Shown here piece after piece: positions 1-15,230 of a stretch of 64,000 nucleotides of DNA; position 1 is the stretch's first letter, and the number at the start of each line of letters is the position of its first letter. The notes under the pieces are model-generated. The model was not told the origin of the DNA and did not search any database. It saw only the letters and a list, made by a program, of their open reading frames with translations. This DNA is from the human T2T-CHM13v2.0 reference genome, Homo sapiens. The DNA lies in NCBI RefSeq assembly GCF_009914755.1, contig NC_060947.1. One strand, 5' to 3'. The translations under genes were made by a program, and so were the position numbers.

Positions 1-42
1 TATTAGCAAGGTTGAGCTCACAATTTGAAGTTCTTTTGTATC

Positions 43-531
43 TGCCGAGACCAGCTTGGCCATGCAGACCTTAACCCAGTGGCGCTAGAGGAATTAAAGA
101 CACAGACACAGAAATATAGAGTGTGGAGTGGGAAATCAGGGGTCCCACAGCCTTCAGAGCTGAGAGCCTTGAACAGAGATTTACCCACATATTTACTAAC
201 AGCAAGCCAGTCATAAGATTTACTCAAAGTATTCTTTATGGGAAATAAAGGGATGGGCCAAAATAAAGGGATGGGATCTGGCTAGTTATCTGCAGCATGA
301 ACATGTACTTAAGGCACAGATCGCTCATGCTATTGTTTGTGGTTTAAGAACGACGTAAGTGGTTTTCCGCCCTGGGTGGGCCAGGTGTTCCTTGCCCTCA
401 TTCCTGTAAACCAAAAGCCTTTCGGCGTGGGCATCAAGGCCATCATGAACATGTCACAGTGCTGCAGAGATTTTGTTTATGGCCAGTTTTTGGGCCAGTT
501 TACGGCCAGATTTTGGGGCCTGTTCCCAACA
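43..531 (-). mobile_element. MER9 (MER9a-type) solo LTR of HERV-K(HML-3)/HERVK9
   Basis: Minus strand starts TGTTGGGAACAGGCCCCAAAATCTGGCC and ends GCTGGTCTCGGCA, matching recalled MER9 termini. Flanks GTATC (38-42) and GTACC (532-536) form a near-perfect TSD. Confidence 0.85.
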
Positions 532-1578
532 GTACCTACAAAGAAATGGCTGGAAAAGGCAGAGACTGACAGGACCTAGCTTACCCTGATGAGCAGCTCT
601 ATCTGGCCCCTTCTAATCATCTTTATTCACTTCTAGAAATCAAGCTATTCTGGATGGTATACTGAAATATGACTCTAGGAACAACAAGCAGAATGTGAAA
701 ATGGGAACAGAAATACTGATTTGGCTCTTATAATCTATTCCCTATGAAATATGGTTGTCATGCTGAATTTTTTTCTGTGGGGTTGGAGGTTAAGATAGAG
801 AATAAACAGATCTTAAAAATTGTGTTTATATTTATATATTCTGAGTAAAATTTATTGGCATTGCCTAACATGAGATATTGTTATGGCACAATGAAATGGT
901 AGATCTAGAGATAAATGAGTTTTCATGCATGATTTTGTTTTGTTTGAAGTGAATAATTCCTACCAGTAAAGATTAAAAAAATGTTTAAGAGGAATTTTGA
1001 ATAATTATTGAGATATAAAAATATTTTGTAATTGATTTTATAATTCATATATCACTCTTCTTTTTACTAAAACTATATGTCTATAATACACTATTATATT
1101 TTTAAGATATTTATTTCAGATATTTTACTGTAGATGTATATATGTTAGAAATTTTAATGTAATTTTTCTCCCTTGTTGAATTATAAGAATGAATATAGAT
1201 GATCCAGAAAACCTTCTTCAGTTGTAGAAGCTATGTGATATTAAAGCACAAGTATTACTTGTGTTCTAAATACAGCCTCTGTTTAAAGGACAAGCCATTC
1301 ATGTGCACAAAGCCACAAACATTGAAGCAAGGGAAATAGGATGTAGTTCCTTGTCACTTCAGAATCTGAGGGTTTTGATGTATAAAGTCACTTGAATAGT
1401 GCTTTCTGCTCCTTAAGGAAAAGTTATAATTTGCCTTACCTTCAGTTTAATTTCACTGCTTGAACCTAGACTCAGATATTAACATAATGTTTCAGATCCC
1501 AAACCTTGCCTTTGTACCATCTGCTCTTTCATGGCTTTGTTCCTTCAGGCCTCCCGAGATTCACTGGATACACCTGAC

Positions 1579-1579
<1 letters not shown>

Positions 1580-1615
<36 letters not shown>
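1580..1615. repeat. (CA)n microsatellite
   Basis: About 18 uninterrupted AC units. Confidence 0.97.
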
Positions 1616-1617
<2 letters not shown>

Positions 1618-4600
1618 GTTTTCCAAGGAAACATAATAAACTAAAAGTCATTTGGGCATTTTTTTCTTCCTAGAACTTTTTAGCAGGTAGTTTTCTTCAA
1701 TTAAAAGGAAACTTTTTAGGTGGAGTAAGATGGCAGAATAGAAGGTTACATAATTTATCCCCCTTCTGGAAGACCAAATTTTAACAACTAACTACACACA
1801 AAAAGCATCATCAAGAACCAAAAGTCAGGTGAACAATCACAGTACCTGGTTTTAACTTTATATCACTGAAAGAGACACTGGAGAGAGTAGGAAAGATCAT
1901 CTTGAAGTGCCAACACCAACCGTCCTCCATCCCCTTGCAGTGGCCACATGACATGGATATTCCATGTGCTTAGGAGATGCAGAGCACAGCAATTGTGAGG
2001 ATTTGCATTGAACTTTGTGCTGTCCTATCACAGCGGAAAGCAGAACCAGGCTGTATTCACCTAACATCTACTCGTGGAAGGAGCACTTTGATCAGCCCTA
2101 GCCAGAGGGAAATTACCCATCTCAGCACTGGAGCTTGAGTTTCCACAAGCCTCACCACTGCAAGCTGGAGTGCTCTGGTGCCCTAAGTGAACTTGAGAGA
2201 CATCTAGGCCACAAGGACTGCAATTCTTAGGCAAGTTCTAGTGCTGAGCTGGGCTCAGAGCCCGTGGACTGGGGGGACATGTGACCTTCTTAGACATCAA
2301 CCAGGGTTTCTAATGGAGTAATTGTGTCACTCCTCATACACTCTTTGGCAGCAGCCACATAGTGGGAAGAAATCTGTGTTTGTGAGAGGGAGAATACAGC
2401 AAATGTGAGATTTTACATTGACCTCAGTGCTGCCTTGTCACAGCTGAGACCTGGCAGGATTCATCACCTGATAACTAAAAAGCCCCTGGGCCCTTAATAA
2501 CCAACAGAAATACCCAGGAAACATGTCATGGACATTGGGCTTTGAGGTGTGTGGGCTCCAGGCGTGACCCAACACGTTCCCAGATGTGGTGGCTATGGAG
2601 ACTCCTGTTTGAGAAAAACATGGGAAAAGTAAATAAAAATCTGTCTTGCACCTTAGGAACTAGCTCAGCCACAGTGGGGTAGAGCACCAACAAGATACTT
2701 GGGGTCACTGAGTCCAGGTTTAGGCTTTTCGTCAACATTTCTAGACCTGCCCTGAGTCAAAGAGTAACTCCCAGGCCTGGCAGCATTTATCACAAACTGA
2801 CTGAAGAGCCCTAAGGCTTTAAGTGCAAGTTGATGATGGCCTGGCAGAAACCCCATGGGCTAGTAGTGGTGGCAGTCATAGGGAAAGATTCCTTTACCTG
2901 TGGAAAAAGGAGGAAAGAGTAGGAAGGAATTTATTTTGCTGTTTGAGTGCCACCTTAGTCACACTAGAGTAGAACACCAGGTAAATTTCTAAGATTTTTA
3001 TCTTTAATGTCTGGCTCCCAGACAGACTCTCTGGACCCACCTAGGGCCTAAGGGAATTCACTTCCCTGAAGGAAGGGACAAAAACCTGGCTGGCTTTGCC
3101 ACTTGCTGATTGTAGAGTCCCAGGGGCTTAAGTGAACTTAGGTGGTAGCCATGTAGTGGTTACAATGGTGGGCCTTGGGTGAAATTCAGTGTTGTGCTGG
3201 CTTCAGTTTTGAACCAGTGCAATCCCTGTGGTGGTGGCCACAGTGACGCTTGTGTTACCCCCACTACACATCCAGGTGGCTCATCTCAGAGAGAGAGACT
3301 CCATTTGTTTGGAAGAAATTAAGGGAAGAAAAAAAGAGACTATGCTTGGTAATCCAGTTAATTCTTCTAGATATTATCCAAGACCACCAAGGTGGTACCT
3401 CAACAAGCAAGAACCACAGTGTTGTTGAGTTTATGCCTCAAATCTCTCCAAATACCTGAAAAACCTTCCCAAGAAGGATGGGCATGAACAAGACCAGGAT
3501 GTGAAGACTACGATAAATACCTAACTCTGCAATGCCCAGACATAGATGGACATCTTCAAGCATTTAGATCATCTAGGTAGATAAGACCTCAGCAGACAAA
3601 GTAAGGCACCAAGGACAAGTACTGGAAGAACAGAGATATGTGACCTTTCAGATAGTAAACTCAAAATAGCTGTTTTGATGAAATTCAAAGAAATTCAAGA
3701 TAATAGAGAAGGAATTCAGAATTTTATGAGATAAATTTAACAAGGAGATTGAAATAATTAAAAGAATCAAGAAAAAATTCTGGAGTTGAAAAATGCCATT
3801 GACATACTCTAGAATGCATCAGTCTCTTAATAGCGGAATTGATCAAGCAGAAGAATTAATGAGCTTGAAAATAGGCTATTTGAAAACACACAGTAAGAGG
3901 AGACAAAAAAAGGAATAACAAACAGTGAAATACACCTACAAGACCTAGAGAATAGTCTCAAAAGGGCAAATTTAAGAATTATTTTCCTTAAAGAGAAGGA
4001 AGATAAATAGGGGTAGAAAGTTTATTAAAAGGGATACTAGCAGAGAACTTTAGAAACCTAGAGAAAGGTATTAATATCTAAGCACAAGAACATTATAAAC
4101 CATAAGCAGATTTAACTCAAAGGAAACTACCTTAAGGCATTTAATAATCAAAGTTACAAAGGTCAAGGATAAAGAAAGAATCCTAAAAGCAGCAAGAGAA
4201 AAGAAACAAATAATATACAATGGAGCTCCAATACACCTGGCAGCAGACTTTTCAGTAGAAACCTTTCAAGCCAGGAGAGAGTTGCATGACATATTTAAAG
4301 TGCTAAAGAAATAAAAAAAATTTTACACTAAAATTATGTATGCAGTGAAAGTATCCTTTAAGTATGAAGGAGAAATAAAGACCTTCCCAGACAAACAAAA
4401 TCTGAGGAATTTCATTAAGACTAGATCTCTCTTACAAGAAATGCTAACGGGAGTTATTGAATCAGAAGATAAAGGATGTTAATGAGCAACAATAATTCAT
4501 CTGAAGGTACAAAACTCACTACTAACAGCACACAGAAAAACACAGAGTATTATAACACTGTTATGGTAGTGTGTACTCTTAAATTAAAAGACCGAATGAT

Positions 4601-5181
4601 AAACCAATCAAAAATAATACGTGCAACATGTTTTCTAGACATAGTACAATAAGACATAAAGAGAAACAAAGTAAAAAAGTAGGGAGATAAGGTTAAGATA
4701 TAGAGTTTTTGTTAGTTTTATCTTTGCTTATTTATTTTGCATGCAATCAGTGTTAAGTTCTTGTCAATTTAAAATAATGTGTTACAAGATAGTACTTATA
4801 AGCCTCACGGTAACCTTAAATCAGAAAACATACAACAAATTCAAAAATAAAATAAAAAGCAAAACATTGAATAATACCACCAGAGAAAATCACCTTCACT
4901 AAAAGGAAGACAGAAAGAATGGAAAAAAGGAAAGGAAGACTATAAAACAACCAGAAAACAAATAACAAGACAGTGGGAGTAAGTGCTTACTTACCAATAA
5001 CACTGAATGTAAATGGACTAAACCCTCCAATCAAGACACAGAGTGGCTGAATGGACAAAAAAGCAAGACCCAATGATCTATTGCCTACAAGAAACACACT
5101 TCACCTATAATCACACATATAGGTTGAAAATAAAGTGATGGAAAAAGATATCCCATGCCAACTGAAATCAAAAAAGAGTAA

Positions 5182-5400
<219 letters not shown>

Positions 5401-8400
5401 TAGCTTTATATATATCAGACAAAATAGATTTACAGACAAAAACTATATAAAGTATCAAAGAGAGTAATTATGTAACAATAAAGGGGTAAATTTAGCAAGA
5501 GGACATAAAAATTATAAATATATATGGACCAACATTGGAGCACCCAGATATATAAAGCAAATATTCTTAGAGCTAAAGAAAGCTAGATCTGAATACAATA
5601 ATAGCTGCAGTCTTCACCAACTGACTTTCAGCATTGGACAGTACTTTCAGGCAAAAAATGAACTAAGAAACAGCAGTCTTAATCTGCACTATAGATCAAA
5701 TGGATCTAAATAGATATTTACAGAACATTTTATACAACAACAGCAAAATACACATTCTTCTCAGCACATGGATCATTCTAAGCCTAGACCATATGTGAGG
5801 TAAACAAGTCTTTAAAAATTCAAAACAATTGACATAATATTAAGCATCTTCTCTGACCACAATGGAATAAAACTGCAAATCAAAAAAGAGAAATTTTGGA
5901 AACTCTACAAACACACAGATATTAAACAATATGCTCCTGAATGATCAGTGGGTTGATTAAGAAATTAAGAAGAAAATTAAAAAATTTCTTGAAACAAATA
6001 GTAATGGAAACACAACATACCAAACCTACAGGATATAGCAAATGCAATACTAGGAGAAAAATTTATAGCTATAAGTGCCTACATCAAAAAAGAAAAAAAA
6101 ACTTTCCAATATATAACCTAATGATGCATCTTAAAGAAACTGGAAAAGCAAGAGAAAACTAAACCCAAAATTAGTAGAAGGAAAGAAATAATAAAGATCA
6201 GAACAGAAATAAATGAATTTAAAATGAAGAAAACAATGCAAAAGATCAATAAAACAAAAAGCTGGGTTTCTTAAAAGTTAAACAAAATAGACAAAACTTT
6301 AGCCAGACTAACTGAGAAAAAAGAGAAGATCAAAATGAATAAAATCAGAGATGAAAAAGACATTATAGCTGATACTGTAGAAATTCAAAGGATCATTACT
6401 GGCTACTATCAGCAACTGTACGCAAAAAAAATTTGGCAATTCTAGAGGAGATGTATAAATTTCTAGACACCTACAACCTACCAACACTGAACCAGGCTGA
6501 AATCCAAAATCTGAACAGGCCAATAACAAGTAATGAAATTTAAGCCATAATAAAAAGTCTCCTAGTAAAAAAAAAAAAAAGCCTGGAATCTGATGCTTTC
6601 ACTGCTGAATTCTACCAAACATTTAAAGAAAAGCTAATACCAATATTACCCAAACTATTCCAAAAATAGAGGAGAAGAGGATATTTTCAAACTCATCTTA
6701 TTAGACCAGTATTACCCTGACACCCAAAGTAGACAAAGGCACATCAAAAAAAAGAAAACTACAGGCGAATATCTCTGATGAATATTGAGCAAAAATGCTC
6801 AACAAAATACTAACAAACTGAACACAACAATACACTAAAAAGATTGTTAATCTTGACAAAGTGGGATTTATCCCAGGGATGCAAAGATAGGTAAACATAT
6901 GCAAATCAATTAATGTGATACATCATATCAACAGAATGAAGGCCAAAGCCATATTATCATTTAAATTGATGCCAAAGAAGCATTTGATAAAATTTAACAC
7001 ACTTTCATGATAAGAACTCCAAAAACCTTGATATACAAGGAACATATGTCAACATAAGAAAAGCCATATATGTCGGATCCTCAGCTAGTATCACAATGAA
7101 TGACGAAAAACTAAAAGCCTGTCCTCTAAGATATGGAACAAGGCAAGAATGCCCACTTTTGCACTGTTGTTCAACATAGTTCTGGAAGTTCTAGCTGGAG
7201 CAATCAGACAAGAGAAGGAAAAAATGTTTATCCAAATTGGAAAGGAAGAAGTCAGATTATCCTTGTTTGCAGATTGCACGATCTTATATTTGAAAATATG
7301 AAGACTTCAACAAAAACTATTAGAATAAACAAATTTAGTAAATTTGCAGATACAAAATCAACATAAAATATCATTAGCATTTCTATACGCCAGCAGTGAA
7401 CAATCTAAAACAGAAACAAAGTAATCCCATTTACAATAGCCACAAATAAAATTAAATACATAAAAATTAACCAATGACATGAAAGAACTCTACAAAAAAA
7501 CCCTGCAAAACACTGATGAAAGAATTTAAAGAGAAAACAAAAAATGAAAAGATATTTTATGCTCATGGACTGGAAGAATCAATATTGTTAAAATGTCAAG
7601 ACAACCAAAAGCAATCTACAGTGCCTTTGCAACCCCTATCAATATACCAATTACATCTTCACAGAAATAGACAAAACAATTTTAAAATTTATATTAGATG
7701 ACAAAAGAAACACAGTACCCAAAGCTATCCTGACCAAAAGATCAAAACTGGAGAAATCAGATTACCTGACTTCAAATTATACTACTGAGTTAGAGTAACC
7801 AAAAACAGCATGGTACTTGCATAAAAAGAGGCACATAGATAAATGGGACAAAACAGAGATCCCAGAAACAAATCCATACACCTACAGTGGATTCCATCTT
7901 TGACAAACGTGCTAGGAATACCAATTTGAGAAAGGATAGTCTCTTTAATAAATGGTACTGGGAAAACTAGATATCCCTACGCAGAAGAATAAAACTTGAC
8001 ATATATCTTTTGCCATATACAAAAATAAGATAAAATTTGATTATAAATTTAAGCCCAAGACCTCAGACTTTGAAACTACTACAGAAAAATTTTGGGAAAC
8101 TCTCCAGGACATTGATTTGGGCTAAAATTTCTTGAGTAATACCCAACAACCAGGACAGGCAAACAAAGCAAAAATGGAAAAATGGGATCACATGAAGTTA
8201 AAAAGCTTCTGCACAGCAAAAAAAGCAATCAACAAAATGAAGAGACCACTCACAAAATAGGAAAAACTATTTTCAAACTACCCATCTGACAAGGGATTAA
8301 TAATCAGAATATAAAAGGAGCTCAAACATTTCAATTGGAAAAAAAAATCTAATAATATTAAAAAATGGGCCAAATATTTTAATGGAAATTTCTCAACAGA

Positions 8401-8837
8401 GGACACACAAATTGCAAATTGATCCATAAAAAGGTGCTCAACATCACTGATCATCAGAGAAATGCAAATAAAAACTACAATGCTACATTATCTCACTCCA
8501 TTTAAAATGACTTTTAGACAAAAGATAGGCAATAACAAATGCTGGATGAGGATGTGGAGAAAGGGAATCCTTGTACACTGCTGCTGGGAATGTAAACTAG
8601 TACAACCACTATGAAGAACAATTTGTATGTTTCTCAAAAAACTAAAAAGAGAGCTGACATATAATCCAGAAATCCCACTGCTGGGTATATACTTCACCCC
8701 TCAAATAGAAGAAAATCAGTATATAAAAAAGATATCTGCATTCTCACATTTGTTGCAGCACTGTTTACAATAGTAAAAAATTGGAAGCAACCTAAGTGCC
8801 CATCAACAGATGAATGGATAATGAAAATGTGGTACAT

Positions 8838-11183
8838 CAAAAAGCTAATCCACCGCAATCCAGTAGCCTTTATCCCTGGATGCAAGTTTGGTTCAACAAA
8901 CACAAATCAACAAATGAGATCAGATAAAGAGAACTACAAACAAAAAACACATGATTATTTCAGTAGATGCAGAAAAAACTTTTGATAAAATTCAACATCT
9001 TTTCATGTTAAAAACTTGCAATAAACTAGGTATTGAAGAAACATTCCTCAAAATAATAAAAGCCATGTATGACAAACCACAGCCAATATAATATTGAATT
9101 TTCAAAAGTTTGAAGCATTCCCCTTGAAAACTAGCACAAGACAATGATGCCCTCTCTCACCACTCCTATTCAGCATAGTATTGGAAGTCGTGGCCAGAAC
9201 AATTAGGCAAAAGAAAGAAATAAAGAGCATTCAAATAGGAATACGGGAAGTCAAACTATCCCTATTTGCAGACAACATGATTCTTTATGTAGAAAACCAC
9301 AGTCTCAGCCTCAAACCTCCTTCAGCTGATAAACAAGTTCAGCAAAATCTCAGGATACAAGATCAATGTATGAAAATCACTAGCATTTCTTTACACCAGC
9401 AACAGCCAAGCCAAGAGCAAACCAGGAACACAATTTCATTCACAGTTGCCACAAAAAGAATAAAATACCTAGGAATACAACTAACCAGGGCAGTGAAATA
9501 TTTCTACAACAAGAATTACAGAACACTGCTCGATGAAATCAGAGATGACACAAATAAATGGAAAAACATTCCATATTCCAATATTGTTAAAATAGCCTTA
9601 CAAACCAAAGCAATTTCTAGATCCAATGCTTTTCCTATTAAACTATTTTACCAATGACATTCTTTACAGAACTAGAAATAAGTATTTAAAAATTCATATA
9701 AAACGAATAGCCATGGAAGTCCTAATCAAAAAGAACAAAGCTGGAGGCATCATGAAACTCAACTTCCAACTACTACAGGGCTACAGTAACTGAAACTGCA
9801 TGGTACTGATACCAAAACAGACACATTGATCAATGAAACAGAATAGAGAGCCCAGAAATAAGGCTGCACACCTACAACTAACTGATCTTTGACAAAGCTT
9901 ACAAAAACAAGCAATGGGGAAAGGGTACCCTATTTAATAAATGATGCTGGAATAACTGGCTAGCAATACGCAGAAGATTGAAACTGGACCCCTTCCTTAC
10001 ACTATGTACAGAAATTAACTCAAGATGGATTAAAGACTTAAATGTAAAACCGCAAACTATAAAAACCATGAAAGACAAATTAGACATTTTGGACATAGGA
10101 ATGAGCAAAGATTTAATGATGAAGATGCCAAAAACAATTGCAACAAAAGCAAAAATTGACAAATGAGATCTATTTAAACTATAGAGCTTCTGCCCAGGCA
10201 TAAAAACTGTTAGCACAGTACACAGACAACCTACAGAACGGGAGAAATTTTTTGCAAACTATGCATCTGATAAAGGTCTAATATCCAGCATCTATAAGAA
10301 ACTTAACCAAATATACAAGAAAAAGAAAACCCATTAAAAAGTGGACAAAGGACATGAGCAGACACTTCTCAAAAGAAAACATACAAGTGGCCAATAAGCA
10401 TATGAAAAAAAAGCTCAACATCACTGATCATTAGAGAAATGCAAATCAAAACCATAATAAGATACTATCTCACACAAGTCAGAATGGCTGTTATTTAAAA
10501 GTTAAAAAATAACAGATGCTGGCAAGGTTGTGGAGAAAAAAGATTGCTTATATATTATTGGTAGGAATGTAAATTAGTTAAACCCTTGTGGAAAACGGTG
10601 TGGATAATCTTCAAAGACCTAAAAACAGAATTACCATTTGACCCAGCAATCCCATTACTGGATATATATCCAGAGGAATATAAATCATTCTACTAATAAA
10701 GAGACATACACGGGAGTGTCCATAGCAGCACTATTCACAGCAGCAAAGAGATAAAATCAACCTAAAAAATGCCCATAAGTGGCAGAGTGAATCAAAAAAA
10801 TGTGGTGTATGTACACCATGGAACACTATGCAGCCATAAAAAATGAGATCATGTCTTTTGCAGGAACATGGATGGAGCTGGAAGCCATTATCCTCAGCAA
10901 ACTAATGCAGGAAGAGAAAACCAAATACCACGTTCTCACTTATAACTAGGAGGTAAATGATGAGAACTCATGGATACAAAGTGTAGAACAACAGACACTG
11001 GGGCCTACTTGAGGGTGGCAGATTTGAGGGAGAAAAGTATCTGAAAAAATAACTATCGGGCACTAGGATTAGTACCTGGGTGATGAAATAATCTGTACAG
11101 CAAGCCCCCATGACACAAGTCTACCTATATAACAAATCTGCACATATACCACTGAACCTAACATAAAAGTTTTTTTAAAAAGC
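8838..11183 (+). mobile_element. 5'-truncated L1PA15/16-like LINE-1 nested in the L1MA
   Basis: Jumps back to RT-domain sequence at 8838 and has its own 3'UTR and tail. TSD AAATGTGGTACAT at 8825-8837 and 11184-11196. Confidence 0.85.
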
Positions 11184-11792
11184 AAATGTGGTACATATAC
11201 ACAATGGATTACTATTCAGCAATAAAAAGGAATGACATCTTTTCATTTGCAACAACATGAATGGAACTGGAGGTCTTTCTGTTAATTAAAATAAGTCAGG
11301 CATGGAAAGACTAACTTCATATGTTGTCACTTATTTGTGGGTGCTAAAAATCAAAACAATTGAACTCATAGAGATCAAGAGTAGGATGGTTACCAGAGGC
11401 TGGAAGGTAATGAGGGTTTGAGGGGAAGTGGAGGTAGTTAATGGGCACACAAACAAAAAAATAGTTAAAGAGTGAATAAGACCTAGTATTTGATAGCACA
11501 GCAGGGTGACTAAATAATAATCATTTAATTGTACATTTTATAATAACTATAATGTTATAATTGGATTTTTAGTAACACAAAGGATAAATCCTTGAGGGGA
11601 TGTATACCCCATTTTCCATGATGTGATTATTACATATTACATGCCTGCATCAAAGCACCTCATGTACCCCATAAATATATACACCAACTATGTACCCACA
11701 AAAATAATGAAACAAAAATAAATAAATAAAAAACAAAAGGGAACTTTTTTTTGAGCATTAAGACTTATTTATCCTTTAATACACAATATTAA

Positions 11793-12298
<506 letters not shown>

Positions 12299-12299
12299 T

Positions 12300-15230
12300 G
12301 TTGTGCACTTTTAAACACCTAGAAAGACTAGACGTTTCAAACTGGACTTAAGTTTTCCATTATATACACAGTAGCATTGAATAAATGGTATACATACATA
12401 ACACAGACAGTAATTTGAGTGTCTTCTAAATAGGAACATTCTGGCCTAGAACCCTTCCTTTTCCCACCTCTACCAACCCCGTGGACAGCTATAAGCCATC
12501 TGTAATGCTTAGGGTGGATTTTAACAATTTCACTTCTGTTTTTAAGAAGTCTTCCCTATGAATTTTAACACAAAGTGTACTCAATGCATTAGTTTACTAA
12601 TTCTACTTTTGTCATACACTGGCAACCTCTTTAACATCGACTACATGTAAATTAGGACTCCTATGTCCGCTTATATACACTATATACACAGCACAGTAAA
12701 TGAAAATGCAGACATAAGGGACAATGGTCAATGTGCCTCATCATAAACACAGTGGACACTGGTAGAAAGCCCTTTGCACTTTGTGCTCCTCCTTCCCCCT
12801 GAACCAGCACAAATATCATAATCTGTACTGCTCAGAGAATTGATCAATTTCCAAGACAATATTTCATATCAAAAGGATAGCTACAAAATGTGTTATTTAC
12901 TATCTCTACTTTTAACATACTTTGTGCACTTCTAAACATCTAGAAAGACCAGTTGTTTCAAATAAGGACTTAAGTTTGTCCGCTGTATACACAGTAGTGT
13001 TGAATAAACTACACACGTAACAATAGTTATATCTGAAAGTGTCTTCTAAATAGGAACATTCTGGTATAGAATGCTTCATTCCTTCCAACTCCTCTCCACC
13101 ACCAACCTGGTGGATATAGGCACGTGTCACTTAGAGCTGATGTTATCATTTCACTTCCGAAAGTCCTTTTCAGAAGACAGCCTTTCTATGAATTTTAACG
13201 AAGTGTACAAAATGTGTTAGTTTACTAACCCTACTTCTGTCATACATTGGCAACCTCTTTAATATCTAGAGACTAGATATTATAAAATCGGACTCATTTG
13301 TCCAGTATATACACAATATATAGAGTGTAGCAAAGTTAAATGAAATGCACGTAACATATAGGCAATGGATTAAGCGGAAATTTTCTAATAAACAATGGCA
13401 AAACACCTTTTGCAACTTCTTCCCTCCCACCTCCCAGGTGGTTCAACAATTCCACTTCCAAACAGCATTTCCCATCAGTTTTTAAAAGCTATTTACAAAA
13501 AGTGTTATTCTACTACTTTTAAATACATCAAGCACTTCCAAATATCTAGAAAGACTAGATATTTCATACTTGTCCACCACGTACACAGCACTGTTAAAAT
13601 TACACACACATAACAATGGTTATCATCTGAGGTATCTTCTAAATGTGACCACTTTGGCCTTGAATCATTCCCTCCCCTCTTCCTTCTCTGCCTTCAATCC
13701 AGTGGACAAGTACAGGCACGTGTAATGCTTAGAGATGGTTGAATAAATTCCTATGCAAAAGTCATTTACAGAAGACAAGTTTTCCTATGAATTTCAACAC
13801 AAAGCATACAAAATATGCTAATTTTACTACTTTGTCATACACTGGCAACCTCTTTAATATCTAGAAACTAGATGTTGAAAAATTAGGACTATTTGTCCAT
13901 TATATACACTATATACAGAGCAAAACAAAATGCACAAAACATACAGAAAAATGGTGTCTGGAAATGTTCAAGTATGAACACACTAGTATATTACCTTTTG
14001 CAATTTCTTTCCTCCCACCTCCTCTAAACCACTGAACAAGTATAGACATTACTATACTGTTCACAAAGGTGGCTTCAAAATTCAATTTCCAAAAGTATTT
14101 CCTATGAATTTTAGCAAAAAGATATTTACAAAGTGGTATTTTACTACCTCTACATTTAACATACATCAGGCACTTCTAAACATCTAGATAGACTAGATGT
14201 TTCAAGTAAGGAGTTAATTTGTCCACTATGTACACAGCAGTCTTGAATAAACTGCAAACATGTAACAACAGTTATAATTTGAAAGAGTCTTCCAAATGTG
14301 AACATTCTGGCCTAGAACCCTTCCCATCTCCATCAACCTAGTGGGTAAGAATGCTCAAATTTTCAGAAGACAATCTTTCCTAGGACTTCTAAAACAAAAT
14401 GTACAAAATATATTAGTTTTCCTAGGACTTGTAAAACAAAATGTACAAAATATATTACTCTACTTTTGTCATACACTGGCAACCTCTTTAACATCCAGAA
14501 AGACTAGATGTTGTCAATTAGGAATCGTTTGTCCTTTATGTACACTATATACACAGATAAGTAAAACAAAATGCACAGAGATAATGATTCATCTTGTAAA
14601 AAGGATGGCATAGAGCTCTCTGCACCTCCCCCTCCTCTCTCCTCCCCTGAACCACTGCACAAACACAATGAGTATTACTCCACAGGTGATTTGGCCATTC
14701 CCCTCAAACAAATTTCCTATGAATTGTAACAAAAAGATACTTACAAAATGTGATTTTGCTACCTCTAATTTTAACATATCAGTACTTCAGAACATCTAAA
14801 AAGAACAGACATTTCAAAAAAGCTTAGCATTGTCAACTATGTACACAGTAGTGAGGAATAAAATGCACACAAAACAATGGATAGAATACGAAAATGTCTT
14901 CTAAATATGACCAGTCTAGGAAAGAACCTTCTTCTCTTCCTTCTCAGGTCTTCTAGCTCCTTGTCATCTAACCCACCGAACAAACGTGGACGTATAGCTT
15001 CCAGAGCCCGTCTAACAACTCCATTTCCAAAAGTCATCTCCAGAAGACATGTATTTTCTATTATTTATTTTAAACAAATGAGAATTTACAAGACGTGTGA
15101 CTTTCTAACTCTACTTTATCATACGTCGGCAACCTCTTTCCATCTAGAAGGGCTAGATGTGACAAATGTTTTCTATTAAAAGGTTGGGGTGGAGTTGAGA
15201 GCAGTTTTTTCATATTATATACACAGGCCT
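12300..15230 (-). repeat. NORAD repeat-unit array: five A/B pairs (~600-650 bp period) with hairpins and PUMILIO response elements
   Basis: GGCAACCTCTT at 12621, 13249, 13844, 14478 and 15128. An interleaved CACTTCTAAACATCTAGAAAGACTAGA-like motif at 12306, 12927, 13533, 14171 and 14783. Confidence 0.88.

Noticed and set aside
12300-15230. CRISPR-like or satellite array
   Set aside because: The units are ~300 bp and degenerate throughout, without constant repeats and unique spacers. The DNA is eukaryotic and the pattern is explained by NORAD domains.
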